DNA of 64,000 nucleotides from an uncultured virus (IMG/VR IMGVR_UViG_3300022752_000053) (IMGVR_UViG_3300022752_000053); one strand, 5' to 3'. Positions 46,705 through 57,067 are shown, counted from the stretch's first letter. Numbers and translations are program-made. Notes: generated by a model from the sequence alone, not told the origin.

Positions 46705-48021
46705 ATGAAAGACTTAATTAAAACTTTTATTTCCGCAGCAAAAGAAGAAGATAGTAATTTATTTCCATTTATTGCAAATAAAAAAATATTCAATAAGGAA
46801 AAGGATTCTGTATATTATTCCGGTCCTTATTGGGATGATACTGAAGTTGAAGCACTTCTTTATAGTATTTTAAAAGGAAAGTGGTTATCCTCTGGAGAAT
46901 CTGTAAATAAATTTGAAAAGGAATTTTCTAAAAAGTTTAATAAGGATTATTCCGTAATGGTCAACTCGGGAAGCTCTGCTAACCTTGTGATGATAGCTGC
47001 TCTCAAAAAATACTTTGATTGGCAAGATGGTGATGAAATTATCGTTTCTTGTGTTGGATTTCCAACTACAATTGCACCAATTGTTCAGAATGGATTGGTG
47101 CCAGTATTCGTAGATATTACTTGGAATGATTTAAATTGGGATCTCTTTGAGATTGAAAGAAAAATTACTTCTAAAACAAAGGCAGTATTTTCTTCTCCAG
47201 TGCTTGGAAATCCTTATGATATTGATAGACTTGTAGAAATTTGTGATAAAAATGGGTTAGAATTGATTGCGGATAATTGTGATAGTCTTGGTAGTAAGTG
47301 GAATGGAAAATATTTAACTGATTATGCAGTTGCTTCTTCTTGTTCTTTTTATCCTGCTCATCACATCACCACAATTGAAGGTGGTATGGTATCATCAAAT
47401 ATTAAGGATATTGTAGATCTTGCTCGTAGTTTTGCGTGGTGGGGTCGTGCTTGTTATTGTGTTGGTCAACAGAATCTTCTTTCTAATGGAGTATGTGGTA
47501 AGAGATTTGATACTTGGTTGAAAGGATATGATGAGACTGTTGATCATAAGTATATTTTTTCAAACATGGGTTATAATCTTAAACCCACCGATTTTCAAGG
47601 TGCAATTGGATCGATACAAATTCAAAAGTTTGATTTGATACATGAAATTCGTAGATCAAATAAAGAAAGGTTGGATGAAATTTTTCAACGTATTCCTGGT
47701 ATTCGCACCCTAAATGAATTACCACAAGCAGAAACCAGCTGGTTTGGCACACCTTTTGTTTGTGACTCCCCATATCTTAAGAGAGATCTTGTCAAACATC
47801 TTGAAAAAAATAGAGTGCAGACTCGAAATTATTTCGCAGGAAATGTGCTTATGCATCCTGGGTATAAGCATCTAGATGATTATATTCACTATCCAAATGC
47901 AAATAAAGTTTTAGACTTAGTATTTTTTATTGGATCTTCTCCAACAATTTCCGATGATATGATTCTCTATATTGAAGAAGTTGTGGATAATTTTATTACC
48001 GTTATTCATCATAGAGTATGA
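46705..48021 (+). CDS. rfbH: RfbH/DdhC-like NDP-4-keto-6-deoxyhexose 3-dehydratase
   Basis: NSGSSANL, SFYPAHHITTIEGG (His at the Lys position), WGRACYC...C cluster, YIFSNMGYNLK. Confidence 0.82.
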   Translation: MKDLIKTFISAAKEEDSNLFPFIANKKIFNKEKDSVYYSGPYWDDTEVEALLYSILKGKWLSSGESVNKFEKEFSKKFNKDYSVMVNSGSSANLVMIAALKKYFDWQDGDEIIVSCVGFPTTIAPIVQNGLVPVFVDITWNDLNWDLFEIERKITSKTKAVFSSPVLGNPYDIDRLVEICDKNGLELIADNCDSLGSKWNGKYLTDYAVASSCSFYPAHHITTIEGGMVSSNIKDIVDLARSFAWWGRACYCVGQQNLLSNGVCGKRFDTWLKGYDETVDHKYIFSNMGYNLKPTDFQGAIGSIQIQKFDLIHEIRRSNKERLDEIFQRIPGIRTLNELPQAETSWFGTPFVCDSPYLKRDLVKHLEKNRVQTRNYFAGNVLMHPGYKHLDDYIHYPNANKVLDLVFFIGSSPTISDDMILYIEEVVDNFITVIHHRV

Positions 48022-48848
48022 AAATTTACGATTGTTTTCAATTTTTCAATGAATTAGATATTCTTGAGATTCGACTCAACATCATGGATCCTTATGTGGA
48101 TTACTTTGTGCTTACTGAATCTACAGTCACATTTTCTGGATTAGATAAACCTCTTTATTATCAAGAGAATAAAGATAAGTTTGAAAAATTTAATCATAAG
48201 ATAATTCATGTTGTAGTTGATGATACTCCAGATGCAAATCCTTTTGAAAGGGATGTCTTTCAAAAGAATGCTATTATTCGAGGTCTTCAAAATTGTGATG
48301 ACGATGATATTATTATTACAAGTGATATCGATGAAATTCCAGATCCAGATGTTGTCGATCAATTAATTGATATCTGTAAGGATGATAAAGTGTATCATTT
48401 TGCTCAAGATTTATTTTACTATTATTTAAATTTGAAAGAAGTCTCTGGCAATCTTCACTCTTATACTGGAGAATTTGATGAAGTAAATGAAAAGAAATGG
48501 TTAGGATCTAAACTGTGTAAGTATCAATTCTTGAAACAATATCCTATCAGTGAGTTAAGAGCACCTCATATGAAAGATTGTGGATATCGGGTTTCTCCTG
48601 GTGGTTGGCATTTTACTTATGTTGGTAGTGATGGTAAGAGTGTAGAAGAAAGAATATCTCATAAGATTGAATGTGCTGCTCATCAAGAATTTAATACTTC
48701 TCAAATCAAGAATGCAATTTCCAATAATGTCGATGCAAATAAAGATGTTTTTTATCGACCATCACAATTTGAAGTTGTTGAAATAGACGAATCTTTTCCA
48801 AAATATCTTCAACAAAATCAAGATAAATATCGCAATTTAATTAAATGA
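48018..48848 (+). CDS. Glycosyltransferase family 17
   Basis: IYDCFQFFNELDILEIRL, ESTVTFSG, SDIDEIP, GGWHF. Confidence 0.85.
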   Translation: MKIYDCFQFFNELDILEIRLNIMDPYVDYFVLTESTVTFSGLDKPLYYQENKDKFEKFNHKIIHVVVDDTPDANPFERDVFQKNAIIRGLQNCDDDDIIITSDIDEIPDPDVVDQLIDICKDDKVYHFAQDLFYYYLNLKEVSGNLHSYTGEFDEVNEKKWLGSKLCKYQFLKQYPISELRAPHMKDCGYRVSPGGWHFTYVGSDGKSVEERISHKIECAAHQEFNTSQIKNAISNNVDANKDVFYRPSQFEVVEIDESFPKYLQQNQDKYRNLIK

Positions 48849-49738
48849 TTATTAATGAAATTAAGCATGGTCAAGGGTTGGGAAACCAACTCTTTTGTTA
48901 TGTGACAACAAGATGTATTGCCAAAGATAATGGATATGATTTTGGATTTCTTGGCATTGAAAATCTAGGAGATCCGAGATTTAATTCTGATGGTTTATAT
49001 TTTATGAATTTGGATTTGGGTAACAATCCAATTCAAGTTGAAAATACCTATACTGAAAAAACAAAAAGGATCAAATTAAATACTTGTCATCATGATATGA
49101 CACATGGTTGTGATGTTAGTCTCTATGATGAGAATCTTGCAAAGGTTGCTGACAATACATTAATTGAAGGTATTATGCAAGACGAAAGATATTTCTATCA
49201 TCACATTGACGATATCAGAGGATGGTTAAAGTTAAAACCAGAATATGATACTTATGATTTATATAAAGATGATATCTGCATTCTGAATTTGCGTGGGGGT
49301 GAATATAGAAATCTTCGTGAATTATATTTGGCAAGAGAATACTGGATCAATGCAATTAAGCATATGGTGAAAATCAATCCAGAAATGGATTTTAGAATTG
49401 TGACCGAAGATATTTCAGCAGCAAATGAAATGTTTCCAGAGATTGAAGCATATCATTTTGATATTGCAAAAGACTATGCAACTATTAAGAATGCTAAGTA
49501 TCTTATTCTTTCAAATTCAACCTTTGGATGTTTTCCTGCATTTACAAGTGAAACTGTAGAATATGTAATTGCACCAAAATATTGGGCTCGTCATAATGTT
49601 TCTGATGGGTATTGGGCAACAGGACAAAACTTATATCAAAATTGGATGTGGCAAGATCGTGAGGGGTTGCTTTTTGACTACGAACAATGCTATAATGAAT
49701 TTGAAAAATATAAGATAGAATCGGGTATATATGCTTGA
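48845..49738 (+). CDS. GT11-like (alpha-1,2-fucosyltransferase-like) glycosyltransferase
   Basis: GLGNQLF, LNLRGGEY, ILSNSTFG. Confidence 0.78.
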   Translation: MIINEIKHGQGLGNQLFCYVTTRCIAKDNGYDFGFLGIENLGDPRFNSDGLYFMNLDLGNNPIQVENTYTEKTKRIKLNTCHHDMTHGCDVSLYDENLAKVADNTLIEGIMQDERYFYHHIDDIRGWLKLKPEYDTYDLYKDDICILNLRGGEYRNLRELYLAREYWINAIKHMVKINPEMDFRIVTEDISAANEMFPEIEAYHFDIAKDYATIKNAKYLILSNSTFGCFPAFTSETVEYVIAPKYWARHNVSDGYWATGQNLYQNWMWQDREGLLFDYEQCYNEFEKYKIESGIYA

Positions 49739-50399
49739 CTTATCTAAAGTAACGTTAGTTGCAATTACTTCCGTAGACTTTGATGGACATATCGCGTCTA
49801 TGATGAAGAGTTTATCTCAGGCAAAGTTTGCTAGAGCAGTATTAGTAACTCATGAAAAACCAAAGAATCTTCCTTCAGAAATTGAATGGGAAGATACTGG
49901 TCGTAAACTGAATTATGAGCAGTTTAGTGAATACTGCATTTATCACATGACGAAACATGTGCATACGGAATTTTGTTTGCACGTACACGCAGACAGTTGG
50001 ATTATTCGTCCAGATCTTTGGGATGATGAATTTTTTAATTATGATTATATCGGCGCCCCCTGGCCTCTAAGTTATGATGCATTTGTAGATCCTTTTGGTC
50101 GTCATATTCGTGTGGGCAATGGTGGATTTTCTCTTCGCAGTAAAATGCTTTTAGATGTTCCTTCAAATATTATTATTCCATTTGAAGTGAATGAAGATGA
50201 TTTTTATAAGCATATGAATGCGAAATCATATAATGAAGATGGAAATATCTGTGTGCATAACCGTCATCTTTATGAATTGATGGGATGTAAGTTTGCTCCA
50301 GTAGAAATTGCTGCTAAATTTTCTTTTGAAAATCCTGTTCCAGAGACTGTCGAATCTTTTGGATTTCATAAACACTTACCATCTTGGGCAAATGCTTAG
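49731..50399 (+). CDS. DUF5672-like putative glycosyltransferase
   Basis: YDYIGAPW, VGNGGFSLRS, NEDG, FGFHK. Confidence 0.78.
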   Translation: MLDLSKVTLVAITSVDFDGHIASMMKSLSQAKFARAVLVTHEKPKNLPSEIEWEDTGRKLNYEQFSEYCIYHMTKHVHTEFCLHVHADSWIIRPDLWDDEFFNYDYIGAPWPLSYDAFVDPFGRHIRVGNGGFSLRSKMLLDVPSNIIIPFEVNEDDFYKHMNAKSYNEDGNICVHNRHLYELMGCKFAPVEIAAKFSFENPVPETVESFGFHKHLPSWANA

Positions 50400-51141
50400 T
50401 TTTAATAATCTTGGAAGACTTGGAAGACTTGGAAATCAGATGTTTCAGTATGCTTCCTTAAAGGGAATTGCTGATAGTAATAAAGAAACATTTGTGATTC
50501 CAAGAACGGAATTGTTTGATATCTTTGAAATGTCTGGTGCAACAATCGGACAGCAAAATATTCAAACAATTCAAGAAAGTTTTTTTCATTTTGATGAAAG
50601 TCTCTTTAGTGACTGTAAAAATAAAGACATTCTTGGATATTTTCAATCTGAAAAATATTTTATTAATATTGAAGATTCTATTCGCAAAGATTTCTCATTC
50701 AAAAAAGCAATCTACCAACCTTGTTGGAATATGATAAAAGATATTCCTGAAACAATTAGTCTTCATGTGAGAAGGGGGGATTATTTAAAAAAACCAGAGT
50801 GTCATCCCCCATGCACAATTAATTATTATCAACAAGCACTTTCAAAGTTTGATGAAAATATTCCTGTTTTGATTTTCACTGATGATATAAATTGGTGTGA
50901 GAATCAGGAATTATTTTCTTCAGATAGATTTCTGATTGCAAAAGGAAATGCTGTTGAGGCAGATTTGTGTTTGATGGCAATGTGTCATAATCATATTCTT
51001 TCCAATAGCTCACTTGCTTGGTGGGGAGCATGGTTGGCAAATAGTAAAAAAGTAGTTGCACCAAAGAGGTGGTTTGGTCCAGCACTGCCACATAATACTG
51101 AAGATCTTTATTTGAGTCATTGGGAGTTGATTGATGCCTGA
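50392..51141 (+). CDS. Glycosyltransferase family 11 (alpha-1,2-fucosyltransferase-like)
   Basis: GRLGNQMFQYA, GYFQSEKYF, HVRRGDY, NSSLAWWGAWL. Confidence 0.9.
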   Translation: MLSFNNLGRLGRLGNQMFQYASLKGIADSNKETFVIPRTELFDIFEMSGATIGQQNIQTIQESFFHFDESLFSDCKNKDILGYFQSEKYFINIEDSIRKDFSFKKAIYQPCWNMIKDIPETISLHVRRGDYLKKPECHPPCTINYYQQALSKFDENIPVLIFTDDINWCENQELFSSDRFLIAKGNAVEADLCLMAMCHNHILSNSSLAWWGAWLANSKKVVAPKRWFGPALPHNTEDLYLSHWELIDA

Positions 51142-51859
51142 ATTTTCAATTTGTATTCCTACTTATGAATATAAAGGAAGAGGTGTGGAATTTCTTTCTC
51201 ATCTTTTTGATACATTAGAGGAGCAAACATTTACCGACTATGAGGTAATCGTATCTGATCATAGTCAAGACCTGGAAATTTATAATTTTTGTGAGAAATC
51301 TGGAGATAGATTCGATTTAAAATATCTAAGAAATTCAGAGCAAAGAGGAAGTCTATCGCAAAATACAAATATGTGTTTTAGAATTGCTCAAGGAAGAATT
51401 TTAAAACCAGTATATCAAGATGATTTCTTTTATGATGCATCTGCCCTTATGAAAATTAAAGATGTTTTTGATACAACAAGTTGTAAGTGGGTAGTAACTG
51501 CTTGCAATCATTATGATGACAAATCAAAAACTTTTTATCGAGATTTTTATCCAAATTTTGATAATCCATCTTCAACTTTATTTGGGGAAAATTTATTAAG
51601 TTGTCCAACGGTTATTTCTTTTCTCAAATCGACAATGATTGAATTTGATGAAAATCTTAAAATGTTGATGGATTGTGAGTTTTACTATAGAATGTATATT
51701 GAGAATGGAATGCCCTTTCTTTTGAATCAAATTCTAATGACAAATCGATCACATTCGGGTCAAAGTCAACATCAAGAAGATTTTCAGAATGTAATGCAAA
51801 CCGAACAAGAATACTGCTATCACAAACATGTTGCACAAAATAATTATTTGGGGTCATAA
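51134..51859 (+). CDS. Glycosyltransferase family 2
   Basis: SICIPTY, EVIVSDHS, YQDD. Confidence 0.85.
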   Translation: MPEFSICIPTYEYKGRGVEFLSHLFDTLEEQTFTDYEVIVSDHSQDLEIYNFCEKSGDRFDLKYLRNSEQRGSLSQNTNMCFRIAQGRILKPVYQDDFFYDASALMKIKDVFDTTSCKWVVTACNHYDDKSKTFYRDFYPNFDNPSSTLFGENLLSCPTVISFLKSTMIEFDENLKMLMDCEFYYRMYIENGMPFLLNQILMTNRSHSGQSQHQEDFQNVMQTEQEYCYHKHVAQNNYLGS

Positions 51860-52688
51860 ACTCCATAGTCACACACATTCATATATTCACAATTCATATT
51901 TCAAAGCATTTAAGTCTTTGGGGTATGATGTTTTTTGGTTTGATCATACTGATGATATTTCTGGGTTTGATTTTTCAAATTCAATATTTTTTACTGAAGA
52001 TCAGGTCAAAAAGGGTATGCCCCTAAGAAAGGATTGTAAATATATTGCTCATCATATTCAACCTGAATTCTTTAAGGATATTGGTGGAGTCTTAAATCTT
52101 GGAAACTATATTGTAGATGTTGAAAAATATATTAAAGTAAAGAATGAAACTTACTATGATGATAAAACCAAGACTTTATATCAATGTTGGGCAACCGATT
52201 TATTGCCAGATGAAATTGATTCAAACGACTTTTGCGAATACGATTCAAATAAAAATTCTGTAAATTATATTGGATCTTTATATGAAGAAGGTTTGACTTT
52301 TGCTCAAGAATTTGGGTCTATTCTTCAAGAAAAATCTTCTAAACAGTTGAGATTATATCATGGAGTCAGTGATGAAGAAAATAGACAATATATAAGAGAT
52401 TCATTTCTGTGTCCAGATTTTAGGAATTATCATCACATTAAAGTTGGATATATTCCATGTCGTATTTTTAAGACCATTAGTTATGGGCAGGTTGTTGGTA
52501 CAAATTCAATTAATGTGAAAAGAGTGTTTGGTGATTATGTTGTATTTGGATCAAACCCAAATGATTTGTATGAGAATATGATTGAAGCATCTTCAAATAG
52601 ACGTATAGATATCAAGGAAGCAATGTTATTTGTAAAAAATAATCATACTTACATCAATAGAGTTAAAACAATTTTGGAGGTGTTATGA
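51828..52688 (+). CDS. Hypothetical, probable GT-B glycosyltransferase
   Basis: YIPCRIFK..SYG, HTYINRV C-terminus; island context. Confidence 0.55.
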   Translation: MLHKIIIWGHKLHSHTHSYIHNSYFKAFKSLGYDVFWFDHTDDISGFDFSNSIFFTEDQVKKGMPLRKDCKYIAHHIQPEFFKDIGGVLNLGNYIVDVEKYIKVKNETYYDDKTKTLYQCWATDLLPDEIDSNDFCEYDSNKNSVNYIGSLYEEGLTFAQEFGSILQEKSSKQLRLYHGVSDEENRQYIRDSFLCPDFRNYHHIKVGYIPCRIFKTISYGQVVGTNSINVKRVFGDYVVFGSNPNDLYENMIEASSNRRIDIKEAMLFVKNNHTYINRVKTILEVL

Positions 52689-53584
52689 GATCTTTAGTAA
52701 CTGGTGGGTTGGGATTTATTGGATCAAATCTTGTCGATAAATTAATTGAAATTGGGCATGAAGTTTTTGTAATTGATAATCAATCCTCAAAGAGTAATAA
52801 AAATTATCATATTAATGGCAATACGCAAAACTTTTATTTGGATTTATCAAATAGAATTAATTTTCCAATTATAAAAGAATTATTTGATGGTGTAGATTAT
52901 GTGTTTCATATGGCAGCAGATGTCTCAATTCAATATTGTATTGAGAATCCAATGGAATCATATATCAATAATGTAAATGCTACAAATTATGTAATTGAAG
53001 CAGCACGTTTGTCAAATGTAAAGCGAGTAGTATTTTCTTCTACATCTGCACTTTATGGTGCTACTGATAAAACATGCACAGAGACACTTCCAGTTGAAGC
53101 TTTGAATACTTATTCACAATCTAAGTTTGCTGGTGAAAATTTAATGAAATTATATTCTGAATTATATGGTCTCAAAACAGTTTCATTACGATACTTTAAT
53201 GCATATGGTCCGAGACAACCTTCTTCAGGACAGTATGCTCCAGTAATTGGAATATTTAATAGGCAGAGGAATGCCGAAGAGAATCTAACTATTGTTGGTG
53301 ATGGTCAGCAGACTCGTGATTTTATTCACGTATCAGATATTGTTGACGCAAACATTAAAGTTGCCACTACAGATACTGATAAATATGGTGAAGTTTATAA
53401 TGTTGGTACGGGAGTTAGTTATACAATTAAAAAAATTGCTAACATGATATCCGATAAACAAATTCATCTTCCACCCCGCCCCGCAGAAGCACGTTTCAGT
53501 CGTGCAAATATTAATAAAATTAAATCAACTTATGGTTGGTCGCCTAAAGTAAATCTTGAAACTTGGATTAAAGAAAATTTATGA
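52685..53584 (+). CDS. NAD-dependent sugar epimerase (GalE/WbpP-like)
   Basis: TGGLGFIGS, YSQSK, LRYFNAYGPRQ, GDGQQTRDF. Confidence 0.92.
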   Translation: MRSLVTGGLGFIGSNLVDKLIEIGHEVFVIDNQSSKSNKNYHINGNTQNFYLDLSNRINFPIIKELFDGVDYVFHMAADVSIQYCIENPMESYINNVNATNYVIEAARLSNVKRVVFSSTSALYGATDKTCTETLPVEALNTYSQSKFAGENLMKLYSELYGLKTVSLRYFNAYGPRQPSSGQYAPVIGIFNRQRNAEENLTIVGDGQQTRDFIHVSDIVDANIKVATTDTDKYGEVYNVGTGVSYTIKKIANMISDKQIHLPPRPAEARFSRANINKIKSTYGWSPKVNLETWIKENL

Positions 53585-54579
53585 AAATCTTACATTTGTC
53601 TCATCATAATGGTTGCATATATGATCAAGAATATATCTTAAATAAACTTGGTCATGAAGTTACTTCACTGAAGTTTCTTGAATTGGGAGAAACCTTAACG
53701 GTAATTAATCCTATCGAATCTTTTCGCGTAAGTCGCTCTCTTGCTAAAGTTGTTTGGAGTGAAGTAAAGGATTATCTCAATTCATTTGATGTTGTTTTGA
53801 CATCAGATACTGCACCAATCAGTAGAGTAATTCTTGAAAACATTGAAGAGTTTACTGGAAAATTAATTATCTGGATTTGTAATCGGTATAATTATGAAGT
53901 TTTTGGTGATGGTGAATGGACTAAATTATTCGATAAAGCAAATGATTTTGAAAATGTAAGAATTGTTCCATATACATTATTTGAAAAAATCTGGGCCGAT
54001 GCCAATGGTATTCGCACAGAAAATTGGGAAGTTATCACTCCAATTGGAAAATGGATGGTAAATGATATTCCACTTGAGAAAAATAATGATGCTTGGGTTG
54101 GAATGTATTGGAATGACAATAAGTTTATGAATCTGAAGCAAACACTTTTGGACATGGGAGTGAAAGCTGAAGGTGGTGAGCATGAGAAATATGCAAACAT
54201 TAATGAATTAAAAAGGCATCATTCTTTCATTACTTTACCAGATGCTCCATCTAAATTAGTTTGTTTTGAGTTGATTCATATTGGTGTGCCAGCAATTCTT
54301 CCAGCAAAACCTTTTATGAAAAGACTTAAAAATACTGAAGGATATGGTATTCCACTTGCTCCTGCACAATTTGACGATAACATTATTGAGGTATTAGAAT
54401 GGTATGATCCAGAATTGGAAGATTGTAGATATTACTACAATAGTTTTGAAGAGATTCCTAAACTTATCAACCTAATTAAAAAAAGCACTGATGTGATTCA
54501 AGAAAATTGTGCATATCATTCTCAAAGAATTGAAAATAAAGTTTTGAATCAGTGGAAAAATATTTACGACAATCTATGA
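53581..54579 (+). CDS. Hypothetical, possible glycosyltransferase
   Basis: 332-aa coupled ORF inside the island; MKILHLSHH start. Confidence 0.5.
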   Translation: MKILHLSHHNGCIYDQEYILNKLGHEVTSLKFLELGETLTVINPIESFRVSRSLAKVVWSEVKDYLNSFDVVLTSDTAPISRVILENIEEFTGKLIIWICNRYNYEVFGDGEWTKLFDKANDFENVRIVPYTLFEKIWADANGIRTENWEVITPIGKWMVNDIPLEKNNDAWVGMYWNDNKFMNLKQTLLDMGVKAEGGEHEKYANINELKRHHSFITLPDAPSKLVCFELIHIGVPAILPAKPFMKRLKNTEGYGIPLAPAQFDDNIIEVLEWYDPELEDCRYYYNSFEEIPKLINLIKKSTDVIQENCAYHSQRIENKVLNQWKNIYDNL

Positions 54580-55214
54580 AACTTAACGAAATTAAAACTT
54601 ATTATATCAATCTTGACAAAGATGAGGAGAAGAGAGAGAGTATGGAAAACATGCTCTCAACTCTTAAATTTAATTATGAAAGATTTCCTGCAATTGAAGA
54701 AAACTGGGGTTGTGAAAAGAGTCACCATAAACTTCTTTCCGAAGGATTGAAGGCACCTTTTATTGTTTTGGAAGATGACTGTGCTCTGAAGAATGATGTG
54801 CTTGAATTGGGTGTTCCAAATAATATTGATTTCATTTATTTGGGTGTATCTGGATTTGGATATTGCAATGGAAATATTTCTTATGTTTTATATGAGCAGG
54901 CAACAGAAGAAGTGAGTCGAGTTTATAATATGCTTTCGACTCATGCTATGTTGTATTTGTCGGATGACTATGCTAATATGGTAAAAAATTTGGCATTTTA
55001 TTGTGGATATAAAGCAAATCAGCATTTTGATAAATCAATTGCTGAGGTAGAAAAATATTATGAAGTCTATTCCTTAAACAATCCAATGTTTTATCAAGAT
55101 AATTATAATAAACCATATACCTATCATGACTTAAGAAGTTATTCTACAACTCAAAGTATTGAAGAAGTATCTCAACCAACCATTGTAAGATCTGAACCTA
55201 TTTTATTCTCATGA
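54576..55214 (+). CDS. GT25-like glycosyltransferase
   Basis: YYINLD, ERFPAI, GCEKSH, VLEDD. Confidence 0.75.
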   Translation: MKLNEIKTYYINLDKDEEKRESMENMLSTLKFNYERFPAIEENWGCEKSHHKLLSEGLKAPFIVLEDDCALKNDVLELGVPNNIDFIYLGVSGFGYCNGNISYVLYEQATEEVSRVYNMLSTHAMLYLSDDYANMVKNLAFYCGYKANQHFDKSIAEVEKYYEVYSLNNPMFYQDNYNKPYTYHDLRSYSTTQSIEEVSQPTIVRSEPILFS

Positions 55215-56023
55215 CTGACCCAATTAATACTCTCACCGTAAAGAAAAAAATCAAAGGATTTGGTCCAGTCTATTGGATTAATCTTGATACGGATACTGAG
55301 AGAAAAGAAAAAACAGAGGAATTGTTTGATTACTATTCGATTCCAAATACTAGAATCTCTGGATTTGATGGCAGAAAAGAAGATTTGAGCATTTACCTTG
55401 ATGGAAATTTTCCTGGGGGAATGTCTCAAACTGAAATGGGATGCACACTTTCTCACCTAAAAGCACTTCGACATTTTCTTGAGGAGACTGATGAAGAGAT
55501 TGCAATCATTTGTGAAGATGATATTATCTTTGATACTGTGCAATGGTGGCCATTTAATTGGAAACTTTTTATGGAAAGTCTGCCATATGATTGGGATTGT
55601 CTACAACTTTCAATTACAAGCACTGGAAATCTTGTAGCAAATTTGCATCCAAGAATTCTTACAAATTTCTGTACAGTGTGCAATGTTTTTACTCGCAGAT
55701 ATGCAGAAAAACTTGCACACTTTCATTTTCGTGGTGAAAAGTATAAAGTTGACAATGGTATAAAACCCAGAGCAGTTGCAGATGAAATTCTGTTTAATGC
55801 TGGTAAAACTTATTCCATGCCATTGTTTTTATATCGTTATGACTTTCATTCAAACATCCATCAAGATCACGTTGAAGTTTTTCATAAGAATAATGTAGAA
55901 GCAATTATGAAATTCTGGCAGGAGACTGGACATACAATTCCAATTAGTAGTTTGTTAGATTATGATTACTATGACCACTACATGAGACCAGTTACAAAAC
56001 CGTCCATGGAAGAAAAGACTTGA
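55211..56023 (+). CDS. Glycosyltransferase family 25
   Basis: WINLD..ERK, EMGCTLSHL, ICEDD. Confidence 0.85.
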   Translation: MTDPINTLTVKKKIKGFGPVYWINLDTDTERKEKTEELFDYYSIPNTRISGFDGRKEDLSIYLDGNFPGGMSQTEMGCTLSHLKALRHFLEETDEEIAIICEDDIIFDTVQWWPFNWKLFMESLPYDWDCLQLSITSTGNLVANLHPRILTNFCTVCNVFTRRYAEKLAHFHFRGEKYKVDNGIKPRAVADEILFNAGKTYSMPLFLYRYDFHSNIHQDHVEVFHKNNVEAIMKFWQETGHTIPISSLLDYDYYDHYMRPVTKPSMEEKT

Positions 56024-56105
56024 CACAGAAACTGCCCTCTGTTAAAATAAATAGGTCTTGAGATTCTTGAAAAGTCTCTCTTAACATTTCACTAAACTAA
56101 AATTT

Positions 56106-56990
56106 ATGATTACTCGTTCAATTCTTGCCGGTGTTGCTGTTATCGCAACCTCTGCTCCTGTACTTGCTGCTCCTGCTACCTATTCGGATTTGCAACCTAC
56201 CGACTGGGCATATCAGGCAATTCAAAATCTTAACTCACGCTATGGATGCCTTGCTGGTTATCCTAACGGCACTCTTAAGCCTGGTGCTGATGCAACTCGT
56301 AATGAAGTATTTGCTCTGACCAATCATTGTCTTGACAACATCACTGCATTTTATACTGAAGCAGATGCTAAGTTGGCAGCTGCTCTTCGGGCACAAATCG
56401 GTGCTGTGAGCAACCGTGTAACCAAGTTGGAAGTTGCTGCTGTGACTGCAACTCAACGTCGTGAACTCGGTGTTGGTAACTATGGTGGTATTGCCTTTGC
56501 TGGTAATGCTGCTAACTATCCTGGTATTACTGCTAATGCTGCTCGTGTTTATGAGTCAGGTATTACTCTTCAAGGTCGTGTAAAGGCACTTGATCTTGGT
56601 AATCAGTATGCCGTCTCCGCTCGTCCTTATGTGACCTTGACTTCTACTCCTAACTATGTGAGTGGTGGTGTATTCGGTGGTGGACTTGCTACTCTTGATA
56701 TTCCCGTTGCTCGTCGTACTCTTGCCGATGGTAGTCAAGTATCTGCTGCCAACATCTATGTTGGTGCTGGTGGTCAGGTGGGTGGCAATCAGGGTGCTGG
56801 TATCGGTGTTGCAGGTGCGGAAGTATCCGTAGCAAAGAACATCGTTCTCTTTGCCGATGCCAAGATTCCTTTTAGTAACACTGGTGCCGAGACCTTTGGA
56901 TCTGTAAAGGCTGGTAGAGCTACCTACAATTACGGCAGTGGTCAAGGTTACAATGTAACTGGCACTGTCGGACTTGGTTTCAAGTTCTGA
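56106..56990 (+). CDS. SLH-domain outer-membrane protein (cyanobacterial porin-type N-terminus)
   Basis: Signal peptide; SDLQPTDWAYQAIQNL..RYGCLAGYPNG; coiled coil; ends GLGFKF (beta-signal). Confidence 0.8.
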   Translation: MITRSILAGVAVIATSAPVLAAPATYSDLQPTDWAYQAIQNLNSRYGCLAGYPNGTLKPGADATRNEVFALTNHCLDNITAFYTEADAKLAAALRAQIGAVSNRVTKLEVAAVTATQRRELGVGNYGGIAFAGNAANYPGITANAARVYESGITLQGRVKALDLGNQYAVSARPYVTLTSTPNYVSGGVFGGGLATLDIPVARRTLADGSQVSAANIYVGAGGQVGGNQGAGIGVAGAEVSVAKNIVLFADAKIPFSNTGAETFGSVKAGRATYNYGSGQGYNVTGTVGLGFKF

Positions 56991-57002
56991 TAATTTAATT
57001 TC

Positions 57003-57040
57003 AAGAGAGGGTTGACACCCTCTCTTTTTTTCTATATAAT
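57003..57040 (+). terminator. Terminator overlapping the sigma70 promoter of hli
   Basis: AAGAGAGGGT/ACCCTCTCTT hairpin + T-run containing TTGACA-17-TATAAT. Confidence 0.8.
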
Positions 57041-57067
57041 ATTGTTGTAAAACTTCATAAAGCACTA

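Noticed and set aside
50410..50435. Tandem 9-bp repeat CTTGGAAGA
   Set aside because: Encodes LGRLGRLGN leading into the normal GT11 motif; in frame, no sign of phase variation.
42432..56023. Island as a DNA hypermodification cluster
   Set aside because: No hydroxymethylase or base-modifying enzyme nearby, and the GT families are surface-glycan types; not fully excluded without nucleoside analysis.
56556..57065. 169-aa minus-strand ORF and other long shadow ORFs (e.g. 16835-17323, 34624-35046)
   Set aside because: Lie within well-supported genes, have no motifs, and are expected from codon bias.
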